Shown: positions 10,298 through 20,026 of the stretch, in pieces
Layout: each line of letters begins with the position of its first letter
Position numbering within the stretch: the first letter of the stretch is position 1
Origin: Calditrichota bacterium
Lineage (GTDB): Bacteria; Calditrichota; Calditrichia; RBG-13-44-9; J042
DNA: 64,000 bases
Direction of reading: 5' to 3'
NCBI GenBank assembly: GCA_013150955.1
Contig: JAADJD010000062.1
Location: forward strand, 49,416-113,415
Program-made: the position numbers and the translations under genes
Notes under the pieces: generated by a model
What the model saw: the letters and a program-made list of their open reading frames with translations, nothing else
What the model was told of the DNA's origin: nothing
Databases searched by the model: none

Positions 10298-11269
10298 ATG
10301 CAGGTACCGGATTGGGAAGACATTCGCCAGGCGGCAAAACGAATCGCGCCTTTTGTGAAGCGAACCCCCGTCTTCACCAGCGAAACACTGAACCGGTTAA
10401 CCGGCGCCCACCTGTTTTTTAAATGCGAAAACTTTCAGAAAGTGGGGGCTTTCAAGTTTCGGGGGGCCTGTAACGCCGTATTTTCATTGAACGATTCCGA
10501 AGCCCGAAAGGGCGTGTGCACGCATTCTTCGGGGAATCACGCCGCGGCCTTATCGCTGGCGGCCCGCCTGCGGGGCATCCCGGCGTATGTGGTAATGCCG
10601 GAAAATTCCCCGCGGGTGAAAGTGGACGCGGTACAACATTATGGTGGACAGATCACCTTTTGTGCCCCCACCCTGACTGCCCGGGAACAAACCCTGCAGA
10701 AAATTCAACAGCAAACCGGAGCGGTGTTCATTCATCCCTACAACAATTTTCTTGTAGTGGCGGGGCAGGGCACCGTGGCGCTGGAATTTCTGGAGGCCAT
10801 CCCTGACCTGGACATCCTGCTGGCACCGGTTGGTGGCGGTGGGTTGATGAGCGGTACCTGTCTGGCCGCTTCCGTGCTGCGGCCGGATATTCAGTTAATC
10901 GGTGCAGAGCCTGCGGCCGCCGATGATGCCTGCCGCTCCCTGCAAACGGGTAAAATTATCCCGCCCGAAAATCCCCGGACCATTGCCGATGGATTGCGCA
11001 CGTCCCTCTGTCCCCTCACCTTCCAGGTGCTCCAGCAGCATCTGGACAGCATTCTGACCGTCAGCGAGGAAGGAATTGTTCAGGCCATGCGCCTGATCTG
11101 GGAACGCATGAAAATTGTGGTGGAACCGTCTGCCGCCGTGCCCTTTGCAGCCGTTCTGGAACACAAAAATCGTTTTCGCAACCGGCGGGTGGGGATCATC
11201 CTGAGCGGAGGGAATGTGGATCTGGACAGGCTGCCCTGGTTTTCCCCGGCACCCGATGCCCGCAATTAA
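10298..11269 (+). CDS. PLP-dependent serine/threonine dehydratase family enzyme (serine-racemase-like)
   Basis: FKFRGACNAV is a PLP-lysine motif, and the SSGNHAAAL and GGGGL glycine-rich loops are present. An AGGAGG RBS precedes ATG 10298. The stop TAA 11267-11269 lies inside the TTAA terminus of the repeat element. Confidence 0.75.
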   Translation: MQVPDWEDIRQAAKRIAPFVKRTPVFTSETLNRLTGAHLFFKCENFQKVGAFKFRGACNAVFSLNDSEARKGVCTHSSGNHAAALSLAARLRGIPAYVVMPENSPRVKVDAVQHYGGQITFCAPTLTAREQTLQKIQQQTGAVFIHPYNNFLVVAGQGTVALEFLEAIPDLDILLAPVGGGGLMSGTCLAASVLRPDIQLIGAEPAAADDACRSLQTGKIIPPENPRTIADGLRTSLCPLTFQVLQQHLDSILTVSEEGIVQAMRLIWERMKIVVEPSAAVPFAAVLEHKNRFRNRRVGIILSGGNVDLDRLPWFSPAPDARN

Positions 11270-11440
11270 CCCAGATTACGTATTAAACCACCAATTGCAC
11301 GAATTAACACAAATTAAAAATAATCAAATACATTGGATCAAATCTGGATTAAAATTTGTTTTGGGGTATATTCGCGATTTTGTGGATATGGTTTGGTTTC
11401 ATTCGCGTGATTCGCGGTTTCATGCATTATCTGGGATTAA
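11266..11440 (-). mobile_element. MITE-like element copy B (reverse orientation, about 175 bp)
   Basis: TTAACCCAGATTACGTATTAAACCACCAATTGCACGAATTAACACAAAT ... TTCATTCGCGTGATTCGCGGTTTCATGCATTATCTGGGATTAA. Confidence 0.65.
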
Positions 11441-11518
11441 TTTTTCTTGCAGGCTGCGGGATTATATTGTAAAATCCAAAATGGAAAAATGATAAAGGTG
11501 TTTGGAGGCAATCAATCC

Positions 11519-12103
11519 ATGTTAAACATAAAAATTACCGATCCCGCACGACGCAAAATCGTTGAGCTGATGCAGCAAATGGAGCAGCCCGTTAAAGGTT
11601 TGCGCATCGTTGCCAATGCGCGTTCTCCCCTGAACGTGGAATACAGCCTGGCTTTTGTGTACGAGGACGAAATTTTTCCCGACGACACGGTTGTGGACAT
11701 TGGCGATTTCGAGGTGTACGTGGATGCGGAAAGCGTCCCTTACATGGATGGCGTGATCCTGGATTTCCTGGACAATCCCATGGGAGGCAACTTCCGAATC
11801 GATGCGCCGCCCCCACCGGCGCCCAAACTGGAAGGCCCCCTGGCAGAACGGCTTCAAAAACTCATTCAGGAGCAGATCAATCCCGCACTGGCTTCCCACG
11901 GTGGATTTGTCCATCTGGTGGACGTTAAGGACAATGTGGCCTACATTGAAATGGGAGGGGGTTGCCAGGGATGCGGGCTGGCCAATGTGACCCTGAAACG
12001 GGGCATTGAAATGATGATCAAACGGAACATTCCAGAAATTAAGGAAGTGCTGGATGTGACCGATCACGCCCGCGGTACCAATCCCTATTACAAACGTACC
12101 TGA
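11519..12103 (+). CDS. nfuA: NfuA-like Fe-S cluster carrier (degenerate A-type domain plus Nfu domain)
   Basis: The C-terminal GGGCQGCGLA is a CxxC Nfu motif. GGAGG lies upstream of ATG 11519. The ORF-track start at 11447 lies inside a repeat element. Confidence 0.7.
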   Translation: MLNIKITDPARRKIVELMQQMEQPVKGLRIVANARSPLNVEYSLAFVYEDEIFPDDTVVDIGDFEVYVDAESVPYMDGVILDFLDNPMGGNFRIDAPPPPAPKLEGPLAERLQKLIQEQINPALASHGGFVHLVDVKDNVAYIEMGGGCQGCGLANVTLKRGIEMMIKRNIPEIKEVLDVTDHARGTNPYYKRT

Positions 12104-12126
12104 AGCCCGGATAATTATCCCCGCGA

Positions 12127-15012
12127 TTACCCCTTCTGTGCGGAACCTTCTGCTTCCTGGCGAATCTCGAAAATTTCTTCCAGATCCTCACGGGTCAATT
12201 GCTTGACAAAACCCGTATCCGAGGTGATGAGTTCCTTGGACAGCTGGCGTTTGGCCTCCTGCAACAGACGGATCTTCTCTTCCACAGAATCTTTAATAAT
12301 GTATTTGTAGACAAAAACGCCCTTGTCCTGCCCAATCCGATGCGCCCGATCGGTGGCCTGTTGTTCCACCGCCGGATTCCACCAGGGATCCAGATGAATC
12401 ACGTAATCGGCAGCCGTCAGGTTCAGTCCCAACCCACCAGCCTTTAACGAGATCAAAAACGCACCGATTTCGGGATTTTCCTGGAAATTGCGAATGTGCT
12501 TGGCCCGATTCCGCACCCGTCCATCCAGATACTCGTACTTCCAGCCTTTCTCATCAAACAACCGCCGCACCAGCGATAAAAAGCGCACAAACTGGGAAAA
12601 GATCAACACCTTATGGCCCCGCCCCAGTATTTCTTCCAGCATATCCTCCAGCAATAGAATTTTCCCGGACTGATACAGATCCATGTCCGGTTTCAAAATG
12701 GCGGGGTGACAGGCAATCTGCCGTAAATAGGTCAACGCCTCGATAATCTTCATCCGCACTTTGTTGATTCCCAGTTCGTCAATCTGGCTAAAAATCTGCT
12801 GGCGGTAAGCCTCCAGCACCTGATTGTAAATGCGGCGCTGCTTCTCGGTCATCTCCACCACCTGGATAATCTCCGAAAGCGGTGGCAATTGCTTTTCCAC
12901 TTCCTCCTTCGTCCGCCGCAGGATAAACGGGTAAATTAATTTGCGCAACGTGTGCAGGGCATGTTCGCGTTCTTCCGGGGGAATTTCAACATATTTTGCG
13001 GTAAACTGCGGCAGCGTGCCCAGAAAACCCGGATTCACAAAATTGAACTGTGCCCACAAATCCTGCAGCGCATTCTCGATGGGCGTACCGGTTAGCGCCA
13101 GCCGATGCAGAGACTTCAACTTTTGCACGGCGCGGTAGGTTTTGGTCTGGGGATTCTTAATCTTTTGCGATTCGTCCAGAATCACATACTCAAACGTGCG
13201 TTCCGCAAGATGCTTCTGATCCTGCAAAACCACTCCGTAGCTACAAAGAATCACGTCATACTGATCGAACTTTTCCAGCATCCTGACCCGATCGACCCGA
13301 TTTCCGTAATAGCGCAAGACGCGCATTCCGGGTGCAAATTTCTGGAATTCTTCCCACCAGTTGAAAATCAGCGTTAACGGCACCACGATCAATGCCGGGT
13401 GTCGTAACCGGCCTTCTTCTTTCAGTTTGGTTAACAGGGCAATGACCTGAACCGTCTTGCCCAGCCCCATGTCATCGGCCAGGATGCCTCCAAACCGGAA
13501 TTCGTGCAGGAAATGCAGCCAATCCAGGCCTGCCTTCTGATACTCGCGCAACTGCCCTCGAAAACCGCCGGGCACCGAAACGGGCTCGATCTCCCGAAAC
13601 TCCCGATAGCGTTGAATTAACTGCCGGCTATCCTCATCAAAATTGATGTCCCCCAGGATTTCCTCCAGTTCCTGCAGCACCATCACGCCGGCATTGGGCA
13701 GGCGGATTTTCTCATGGCCATCGCGGATGTCCAGTATTTCGGCCACCCGCAGGATCTTTTCTCGCACTTCCTGAGGCACGTAAATGTGGGAACCATCCGA
13801 CAACTTGAGATAAGGCTTCCCCGATTTCAACTGCCGTACCAGCTGGGGGATGGCCACCGAGCGATTGCCCACTCGAATCTGAAAGCGCAGTTCCAGCCAG
13901 TCCTCCAGCGCCTGTACATCCACCCGAATGCGCGGCGTTCCCCGATGCACGCGGTAGTAATGCAGCCGATCCAGCCCGTAAATTTTAAACCCAAATGCTT
14001 CCAGCCGGGGAATTTCCAGGCGCATCCAGTCCAGGGGATGGTAATCGGCGGCAATGTGCCAGTAACCGCTGCGGTAGATCAACCCATGTTCTTCCAGGAA
14101 GTTCCGCGCCCGATCCTCTTCTTCGCGATCCCGGCGGATGATGAATAAATGACCGTTGTCGTTGGTTAAACTTTTTTCCGCCGGGGGATTGGCCGGGAAT
14201 TCGAAACGGCTGTAACGGAAAAACACTTCGATTTGCAGATGCTGATTTTCTTCCGTGAACACAATCGCTTTTTCTTCCAGTGGCAGTTCGTAAGCCTTTA
14301 AATGATCCGCCAGATTCTCCCAATCCAGGATGGGCAACAGATGGGACAGGTAAATCCGGATGAAGTCATCCAGTTCACTCTTGGGAATTTCAAATTTCTC
14401 GTATACCCGGAAATAATTATTCCAGAATATGGCCGGTAAATGCGATTCAATCTTATACAGCACCTTCTGGTACAGAATGTAGATGGGATTCGAGGTCAGC
14501 ACGGTTACCGGATGTTCCAGTTCCAGTGCATCGTCCTTGAATTTCAAGGTGGGTTGCAGATAGAACCCGGTTTTACCCTGTTTCAATCGCAACACAATGC
14601 TGGCCGTCTCCGGATGAAAGGTAACCGGTTCTGGATTCCGCTGCACCATGTCCTTGATCAGCACGCTGCTATTCCGCAACCAGTCCAGCAAAAATCCCAC
14701 CGGCTGAGTGTAAGTGAACACCTGGCGTCCGTCGTTACCAACGCTGGTTTGCAAATAAATCAGGCAATTCAGTTCATCTTCGGTGATGTTCACCTTGCTG
14801 CTATCAATAACCGCAAGCGAAAGGCGCACTTCCCTGCCGGGTGAACCATCCAGCCGGGTGTAGTTGGCATAAGGTAAAATCGTCCAGTTGGTAGCGCGCA
14901 ATTCAATCAAAAAATAAGGCTCGTACACTCCGGCTTTGGACTCAAAAGACTTGGGTTGCGGCGACTTTTCGATTAACCCTACCAGTTGTTCAATTTTGCC
15001 TCGCCAGCTCAT
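12127..15012 (-). CDS. SNF2-family helicase with N-terminal bacterial SNF2-associated region (YwqA-like)
   Basis: Motif I is DDMGLGKT, motif II is DESQKIKN, and motif VI is QATDRAHRIGQ. About 470 aa of non-helicase N-terminus precede the helicase. Confidence 0.85.
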   Translation of the reverse strand: MSWRGKIEQLVGLIEKSPQPKSFESKAGVYEPYFLIELRATNWTILPYANYTRLDGSPGREVRLSLAVIDSSKVNITEDELNCLIYLQTSVGNDGRQVFTYTQPVGFLLDWLRNSSVLIKDMVQRNPEPVTFHPETASIVLRLKQGKTGFYLQPTLKFKDDALELEHPVTVLTSNPIYILYQKVLYKIESHLPAIFWNNYFRVYEKFEIPKSELDDFIRIYLSHLLPILDWENLADHLKAYELPLEEKAIVFTEENQHLQIEVFFRYSRFEFPANPPAEKSLTNDNGHLFIIRRDREEEDRARNFLEEHGLIYRSGYWHIAADYHPLDWMRLEIPRLEAFGFKIYGLDRLHYYRVHRGTPRIRVDVQALEDWLELRFQIRVGNRSVAIPQLVRQLKSGKPYLKLSDGSHIYVPQEVREKILRVAEILDIRDGHEKIRLPNAGVMVLQELEEILGDINFDEDSRQLIQRYREFREIEPVSVPGGFRGQLREYQKAGLDWLHFLHEFRFGGILADDMGLGKTVQVIALLTKLKEEGRLRHPALIVVPLTLIFNWWEEFQKFAPGMRVLRYYGNRVDRVRMLEKFDQYDVILCSYGVVLQDQKHLAERTFEYVILDESQKIKNPQTKTYRAVQKLKSLHRLALTGTPIENALQDLWAQFNFVNPGFLGTLPQFTAKYVEIPPEEREHALHTLRKLIYPFILRRTKEEVEKQLPPLSEIIQVVEMTEKQRRIYNQVLEAYRQQIFSQIDELGINKVRMKIIEALTYLRQIACHPAILKPDMDLYQSGKILLLEDMLEEILGRGHKVLIFSQFVRFLSLVRRLFDEKGWKYEYLDGRVRNRAKHIRNFQENPEIGAFLISLKAGGLGLNLTAADYVIHLDPWWNPAVEQQATDRAHRIGQDKGVFVYKYIIKDSVEEKIRLLQEAKRQLSKELITSDTGFVKQLTREDLEEIFEIRQEAEGSAQKG

Positions 15013-15092
15013 GCTTCACGTGTCTTTCATTGACTAAGTTTCACTTATCCATTATGAAAATGAATTTACGGTGTTCCTTGTTCCTGGCAATT

Positions 15093-16463
15093 TTAAATTG
15101 GTTGCAGTCCCTCTTCCACAATCTTCTTTTGATACAGATACAAAAACCAGGCCACAACCAATCCGGCACTCAGGAAATTCCCCAGCAACATGCCATACCA
15201 CACCCCCACCAGTTGAAAAATAATGCTTCCCAGAAAAATGAACGGTATTTGAAAAACATACAGGCGTACCAGATTGGCCCACAAATACTGGCGTCCCAAT
15301 CCCAATCCCTGAAAACTGGCAATAATGCAAATATAAAAACTGAAAAAAACATAGCCAAACACGGAAATGCGCAATGCCTGTGCGGTAATGTTTAATACCG
15401 ATGGACTTTCCGCAAACACGCCGGCAAACACCCGCGGCGCCAGTGCCACCACCACCGCTGCCAGTAACATCATGGTAAACGCCACCTGAATGCCCCGGAA
15501 CAGGATGGTTTTCAACCGATCCAATTTCCGCGCCCCAAAATTATGGCCGGTCAGAATGGTTACCGCCTGTCCCACCCCCAGGATGGGAAGGAAGGCCACC
15601 ATCTCGTAGGTGAACACAATGGTGTAAGCGGCCTGAGCATCTTCGCCAAAGCGCTTAAGAATGGCAAAAACAATGCCCATGGCGATGCTGGTTAAGAACT
15701 GACTGAGCGAGGAGGGAACCCCCACCTGAAAAATGCCTTTGACCGATTTCCAGGACAGGCGGAGCTTTCGGAAACTCAGGGAAACCGGGATTTTTTTACC
15801 GAACAAAACCGCCAGTGTTAAAAGCACCGCCAGCACGCGGGCAATACCGGTTGCCAGTGCCGCGCCCCGGATGCCCATCTCCGGAAATGGCCCCAGACCA
15901 AAAATCAACAGGGGATCCAGTAAAATGTTCAAAACGGTTCCCGTCACCATGAAGACCATGGGATAAACCGTATCCCCCCAGCCGCGAAACACATTGTTTA
16001 AAAACATGCCCAGTAAGACGACCGGAGCAAACAGGAGAATAATGGTAAGATAATCCAGAATCATCTGCAGCAGTTCTTCCCGGGCCCCCATGGCCTCGAA
16101 CAACGGCCGCTGAATCCACAATCCCCCCAGGGTTAGCCCCAGACCAATCACCCCCGCAAGGACAAACGCATGCAGTGCTGTACTGATGGCCTGATCCACC
16201 CGGCCGGCTCCCAGATTCCGGGCAATGTAGGAATTGATGCCCACCCCGATGCCGGATCCCACCGCGATTAAAAACAACTGCACGGTAAAGGCCATTCCGA
16301 TGGCCGCCGTGGCCGTATCCCCCAAACGACTTACAAAATATCGATCCAGAAAGTTGTAACTGGTCTGAAATGCAAACGCAATGATCATCGGTAATGCCAG
16401 TTTCAGAATCAGAGGCAGGACTGCCCCTTCCAGCAATTCTTTTTCGTCAATTTTATGAATCAT
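15093..16463 (-). CDS. MATE-family multidrug efflux transporter
   Basis: It has 12 predicted TM helices and the characteristic MATE length and repeat structure. Confidence 0.85.
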   Translation of the reverse strand: MIHKIDEKELLEGAVLPLILKLALPMIIAFAFQTSYNFLDRYFVSRLGDTATAAIGMAFTVQLFLIAVGSGIGVGINSYIARNLGAGRVDQAISTALHAFVLAGVIGLGLTLGGLWIQRPLFEAMGAREELLQMILDYLTIILLFAPVVLLGMFLNNVFRGWGDTVYPMVFMVTGTVLNILLDPLLIFGLGPFPEMGIRGAALATGIARVLAVLLTLAVLFGKKIPVSLSFRKLRLSWKSVKGIFQVGVPSSLSQFLTSIAMGIVFAILKRFGEDAQAAYTIVFTYEMVAFLPILGVGQAVTILTGHNFGARKLDRLKTILFRGIQVAFTMMLLAAVVVALAPRVFAGVFAESPSVLNITAQALRISVFGYVFFSFYICIIASFQGLGLGRQYLWANLVRLYVFQIPFIFLGSIIFQLVGVWYGMLLGNFLSAGLVVAWFLYLYQKKIVEEGLQPI

Positions 16464-16697
16464 GGTTTATTTTGTCCCCTTAAACGAGAAATATAAATAA
16501 AAAAAAAGAATTTAGAAGCCAAATTTTAAGAAAAATGCACCTTTGCAGGATGCCGCGGGAAACAACCTTTTTTTCGGAGCGTACTGCCGACTTCCCGAAG
16601 CCATTCTGTCCCCGGTTTCTTCCCGAACCTTGACGCTGTAAAAAACTTCCCTAAGAAAAACCCTGCCTTTAAAAATGCATTTTAATTCCATCGAAAC

Positions 16698-16726
16698 TTG
16701 CGTCCTTATCCCCGGCAGTCTATATT
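16698..16726 (+). promoter_or_regulatory. candidate sigma70 promoter (-35 TTGCGT, 17 nt spacer, -10 TATATT) with an AT-rich upstream region
   Basis: TTGCGT is at 16698-16703 and TATATT at 16721-16726 with exactly 17 nt between them. It lies about 250 nt upstream of the REC-GGDEF gene. Confidence 0.45.
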
Positions 16727-16837
16727 TTGAAAAAGGAAACCGACGGAAACGGGTAACCGGGAACGGTCTCGAATAGAAAAGCGTTTCGCCACTTCAGGGA
16801 AGACGAACCCGAGGCAGACGAGGGATGTAAAAAAATG

Positions 16838-16892
16838 GGATGGGTGTGTGGGGAAAAATAAGGGATCGAGGCACCCATCCTTTCTCAGTTCC
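16838..16892 (+). terminator. 9 bp stem hairpin (GGATGGGTG...CACCCATCC) followed by a T-rich tract inside the long leader; candidate attenuator or sRNA terminator
   Basis: A perfect inverted repeat spans 16838-16846 and 16872-16880, followed by TTTCTCAGTT. Confidence 0.35.
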
Positions 16893-16974
16893 GGAAAAAA
16901 AGATTTGATGAATCCGGCAGGTAAATGCGATGAATAAACCCGAAATCACGATCACACAAACCTGAACAATCAGC

Positions 16975-18675
16975 ATGGAAAAGAAGGCATACAAAGTTTT
17001 ATATATCGAGGACGATTACGCGTCCCGCCTGCTGATCCGCAAGATATTGCGTTCCGGGGAATTCGATGTCCACGAGGCCAGCACCGGAATGGAAGGCCTG
17101 AAAAAGGCACAGGAACTGCAACCGGACATTATTTTAATGGATTTAAACCTGCCGGATATCTCTGGAACCAACCTGACCACCAAAATTAAAAGCATGCCCG
17201 AATTGAAGGACACAGTGGTGGTCGCCATTACCGCTCGCAACAGTGTGGAAGCCCGCCAGCTCTCGCTCATTGCTGGATGCCACGGCTACATCAGCAAACC
17301 CATCGATCCCCACACCTTCCCCGACCAGATCCGTCAATTCCTGCGCGGAAAGCGGGAAGAAATTGAATTTGAGAAACGGGACTACTACCATCAACTTTAC
17401 GAAGAAGCCCTGGTCAATAACCTTACCATCAAACTGCAGGAACTGCAACGATCAAACAGTTTACTTAAGCAACGCACCAGCACGCTCAAGGACTATTCCC
17501 GAAAGCTGGAAAAGCTGTTAACCATCATCAATGACCTCCAACTCTGCCATTCTTCGGAAAAACTGAAAGAAAAGTTGATCGATTATCTCTGCGAACTGTT
17601 TGCATTTGACCGATGCCTGTTTCTGGATGTGGACTTCGAGAACCTGACGCTAAAGGTCGCCGTTGGCAGGGGACTGGAAAAATCGCGCTGGGAAAATTTT
17701 CATCTGCCGTTTCAAACCCAACTCTTTCGCCGGCTGTTCAAGGAGCGGCAAATCCTCCCCAATCTCACAATTCAGCAAATTGAAAATCCTCAGATTCGGC
17801 AGTTATTGGAGGAGCTGGGCAGTCAACATTTTACTCTGGCCATTCTGGGCATTCCCGCCGATGCCGCCATCCAGATGAGCAGTAAGGAGAACCTGAAGGA
17901 ATTTATGAAACCCTTCCTGACCACATTAACCGCTACTGCGGATATTGACGTCCAGAACATCGAGGATCATTTGAGAGAATTCCTGCTCTCGGAAGTGTTC
18001 TACATCGGTGGCTATTTGTTTATGGACTATACCCATCCCACAAAAAAACTGTCCAGCCATGACCTGCGCATTCTGGATATGCTGCTGCGAACGTCCACTT
18101 TAATTTATCAGAATCTTCAGCTGCGGGAACATCTGAAAAAACTATTCATTCGTGCCGAGAAGGATGCCATCACCGATTACCTGACCAATCTTTACAATCA
18201 TCGCTACTTTATTCAGCAGCTGAGCCGGGAGTTCAATCGGGCACGGCGGCATAATTCTCAGTTCGCTCTGATCATGATCGACATTGATCATTTTAAGGAT
18301 TTCAACGATACATTCGGTCATCAGGCAGGCGATCTGGTCTTACAAAAAATTGGTCGGATCCTGCGGGAAAACACCCGCAAAAGCGATATTGCCGCCCGCT
18401 ACGGGGGTGAGGAATTTGCCATCATCTGTCCGGAGCTAAACAAGCGCCGGGGTCAGATCCTTGCCGAAAAATTGCGGAAAATTATCGAGGGAACGCGCCT
18501 GCCATTTTCTCAGGATACCCGGATTACCATTTCTGCCGGTGTTGCTGCCTTTCCGGAAGATGCGGACAATCCCCAGGATCTCATCCGCTGTGCCGATGTG
18601 GCCCTTTACGAAGCCAAACGGAAGGGACGCAACAGGGTACAGGCGTTTTCACCCGCGCTTCAAACCACCCCCTGA
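16975..18675 (+). CDS. response-regulator receiver plus GGDEF diguanylate cyclase (PleD-like)
   Basis: An N-terminal CheY-like REC domain (DD...D...K pattern) is followed by a central GAF-like region. The C-terminus has GGEEF and upstream RxxD-like residues. Confidence 0.8.
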   Translation: MEKKAYKVLYIEDDYASRLLIRKILRSGEFDVHEASTGMEGLKKAQELQPDIILMDLNLPDISGTNLTTKIKSMPELKDTVVVAITARNSVEARQLSLIAGCHGYISKPIDPHTFPDQIRQFLRGKREEIEFEKRDYYHQLYEEALVNNLTIKLQELQRSNSLLKQRTSTLKDYSRKLEKLLTIINDLQLCHSSEKLKEKLIDYLCELFAFDRCLFLDVDFENLTLKVAVGRGLEKSRWENFHLPFQTQLFRRLFKERQILPNLTIQQIENPQIRQLLEELGSQHFTLAILGIPADAAIQMSSKENLKEFMKPFLTTLTATADIDVQNIEDHLREFLLSEVFYIGGYLFMDYTHPTKKLSSHDLRILDMLLRTSTLIYQNLQLREHLKKLFIRAEKDAITDYLTNLYNHRYFIQQLSREFNRARRHNSQFALIMIDIDHFKDFNDTFGHQAGDLVLQKIGRILRENTRKSDIAARYGGEEFAIICPELNKRRGQILAEKLRKIIEGTRLPFSQDTRITISAGVAAFPEDADNPQDLIRCADVALYEAKRKGRNRVQAFSPALQTTP

Positions 18676-18678
18676 TTG

Positions 18679-19323
18679 CTACACCCCAAAATACCGATCA
18701 CCCGCATCCCCCAGCCCCGGAAGGATAAATCCCCGCGAATTCAGCTGACGATCCAGCGCCGCGGTGAAAATGGGCACTTCTGGATGATGCTCCTGCATGA
18801 CCGATACCCCTTCCGGTGCGGCGATAACCGCCAGCATCACGATCCGTTCCGCCCGATGCCGTTTAAGCTTCTCCACCGCGGAATGGGCACTGCCACCCGT
18901 GGCCAGCATAGGATCCAGTAAAAACACGTCCATCCCGCGAATGTCATCCGGCAATCGCAAATAGTAATCCACCGGCTGCAGGGTGGTTTCGTCCCGATAC
19001 ATCCCCAACACACCGATGCGTGCTTCGGGGAATACCTTCACAATGCCGTTTGCCATGCCCAGGCCCGCCCGTAGAATGGGCACCAGCAAAATGGGGTGCT
19101 GCAACCGGCGAACGGTCATTGATTCCAGCGGGGTTTCGATGGTTTCGTCACGGGTGGACAGTTTTCGGGAGGCTTCGTAAAATAGCAACAGGCTGATATC
19201 TTCCAGCAACGTACGAAAATCAAAAAATGGTGTGGCCTTATCCCGCAAGCGGGCCAGCTTGTCCTGAATGATCGCATGCTCAACCACGGTGAGATTCGGA
19301 AACGACTGCATGGTGCGCCTCAT
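18679..19323 (-). CDS. upp: uracil phosphoribosyltransferase
   Basis: The PRPP-binding motif VFLLDPMLATGGS is present, with the UPRTase-specific C-terminus GLGDAGDRYFG. Confidence 0.85.
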   Translation of the reverse strand: MRRTMQSFPNLTVVEHAIIQDKLARLRDKATPFFDFRTLLEDISLLLFYEASRKLSTRDETIETPLESMTVRRLQHPILLVPILRAGLGMANGIVKVFPEARIGVLGMYRDETTLQPVDYYLRLPDDIRGMDVFLLDPMLATGGSAHSAVEKLKRHRAERIVMLAVIAAPEGVSVMQEHHPEVPIFTAALDRQLNSRGFILPGLGDAGDRYFGV

Positions 19324-20026
19324 ACCCTTTAATGATAATGTTTCGAACCACTTCCACCAGTTGATCGCGCGTATCGAAAGTGTAGCCCGATGGATCCACC
19401 GGCGGATGGATGATCAAGGTGACCCGTCCCGGCCGGATCCACAAGCTTTTCTTCGGAAGCACCCGATTGGTGCCAATGATGGTCAGGGGTAAAATGGGGA
19501 GCCCCGTTTTGATGGCCACCACAAAAGGGCCTTTCTTAAAAGCCCGGATGGTGCCATCGGGACTGCGGGTGCCTTCGGGGAATGCCAGAAGCGAGAGATG
19601 TTTTTCCTTCAGCAACTGCTCCCCCTGGTTCAACACCTTAATGGCCTGACTGCGATCCTGCCGATCCAGCCGCAGGATTCCCGCTGCCCGAATCGCCCAG
19701 CCAAACACCGGCACCCGAAACAATTCCTTCTTCGCCACCACGGTCAAATGCAGGGGAATGTAACTGAACACCACTGGTATGTCCATGTGACTTTGATGAT
19801 TCCCCACCACCACATAATTCTGACCGGGCCGGATATGCTCGCGCCCCTTTACGGTGACGCGAACCCCGGCGGCAATAAGCAGTAAACGCGACCAGGCACG
19901 GGCAATTTTGCTGATGATCGATGCGTAGGGATTGAACATCCCGATTAAAATCACGAAGATGGCCCCCACCACGGTGGAAACCACCAGAACGGTAACAAAA
20001 AGAATCTGGTGTAAAAAACCCAGCAT
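19280..20026 (-). CDS. plsC: 1-acyl-sn-glycerol-3-phosphate acyltransferase (PlsC family)
   Basis: NHQSHMD is the HX4D acyltransferase motif, and PEGTRS is present. An N-terminal TM helix is present. Confidence 0.75.
   Translation of the reverse strand: MLGFLHQILFVTVLVVSTVVGAIFVILIGMFNPYASIISKIARAWSRLLLIAAGVRVTVKGREHIRPGQNYVVVGNHQSHMDIPVVFSYIPLHLTVVAKKELFRVPVFGWAIRAAGILRLDRQDRSQAIKVLNQGEQLLKEKHLSLLAFPEGTRSPDGTIRAFKKGPFVVAIKTGLPILPLTIIGTNRVLPKKSLWIRPGRVTLIIHPPVDPSGYTFDTRDQLVEVVRNIIIKGYEAHHAVVSESHRG

Noticed and set aside
16794-16994. 66 aa minus-strand ORF in the MATE / REC-GGDEF intergenic region
   Set aside because: It overlaps the predicted promoter and leader, has no RBS, and its Pro/Phe-rich translation has no motif. 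The region is better explained as regulatory sequence.
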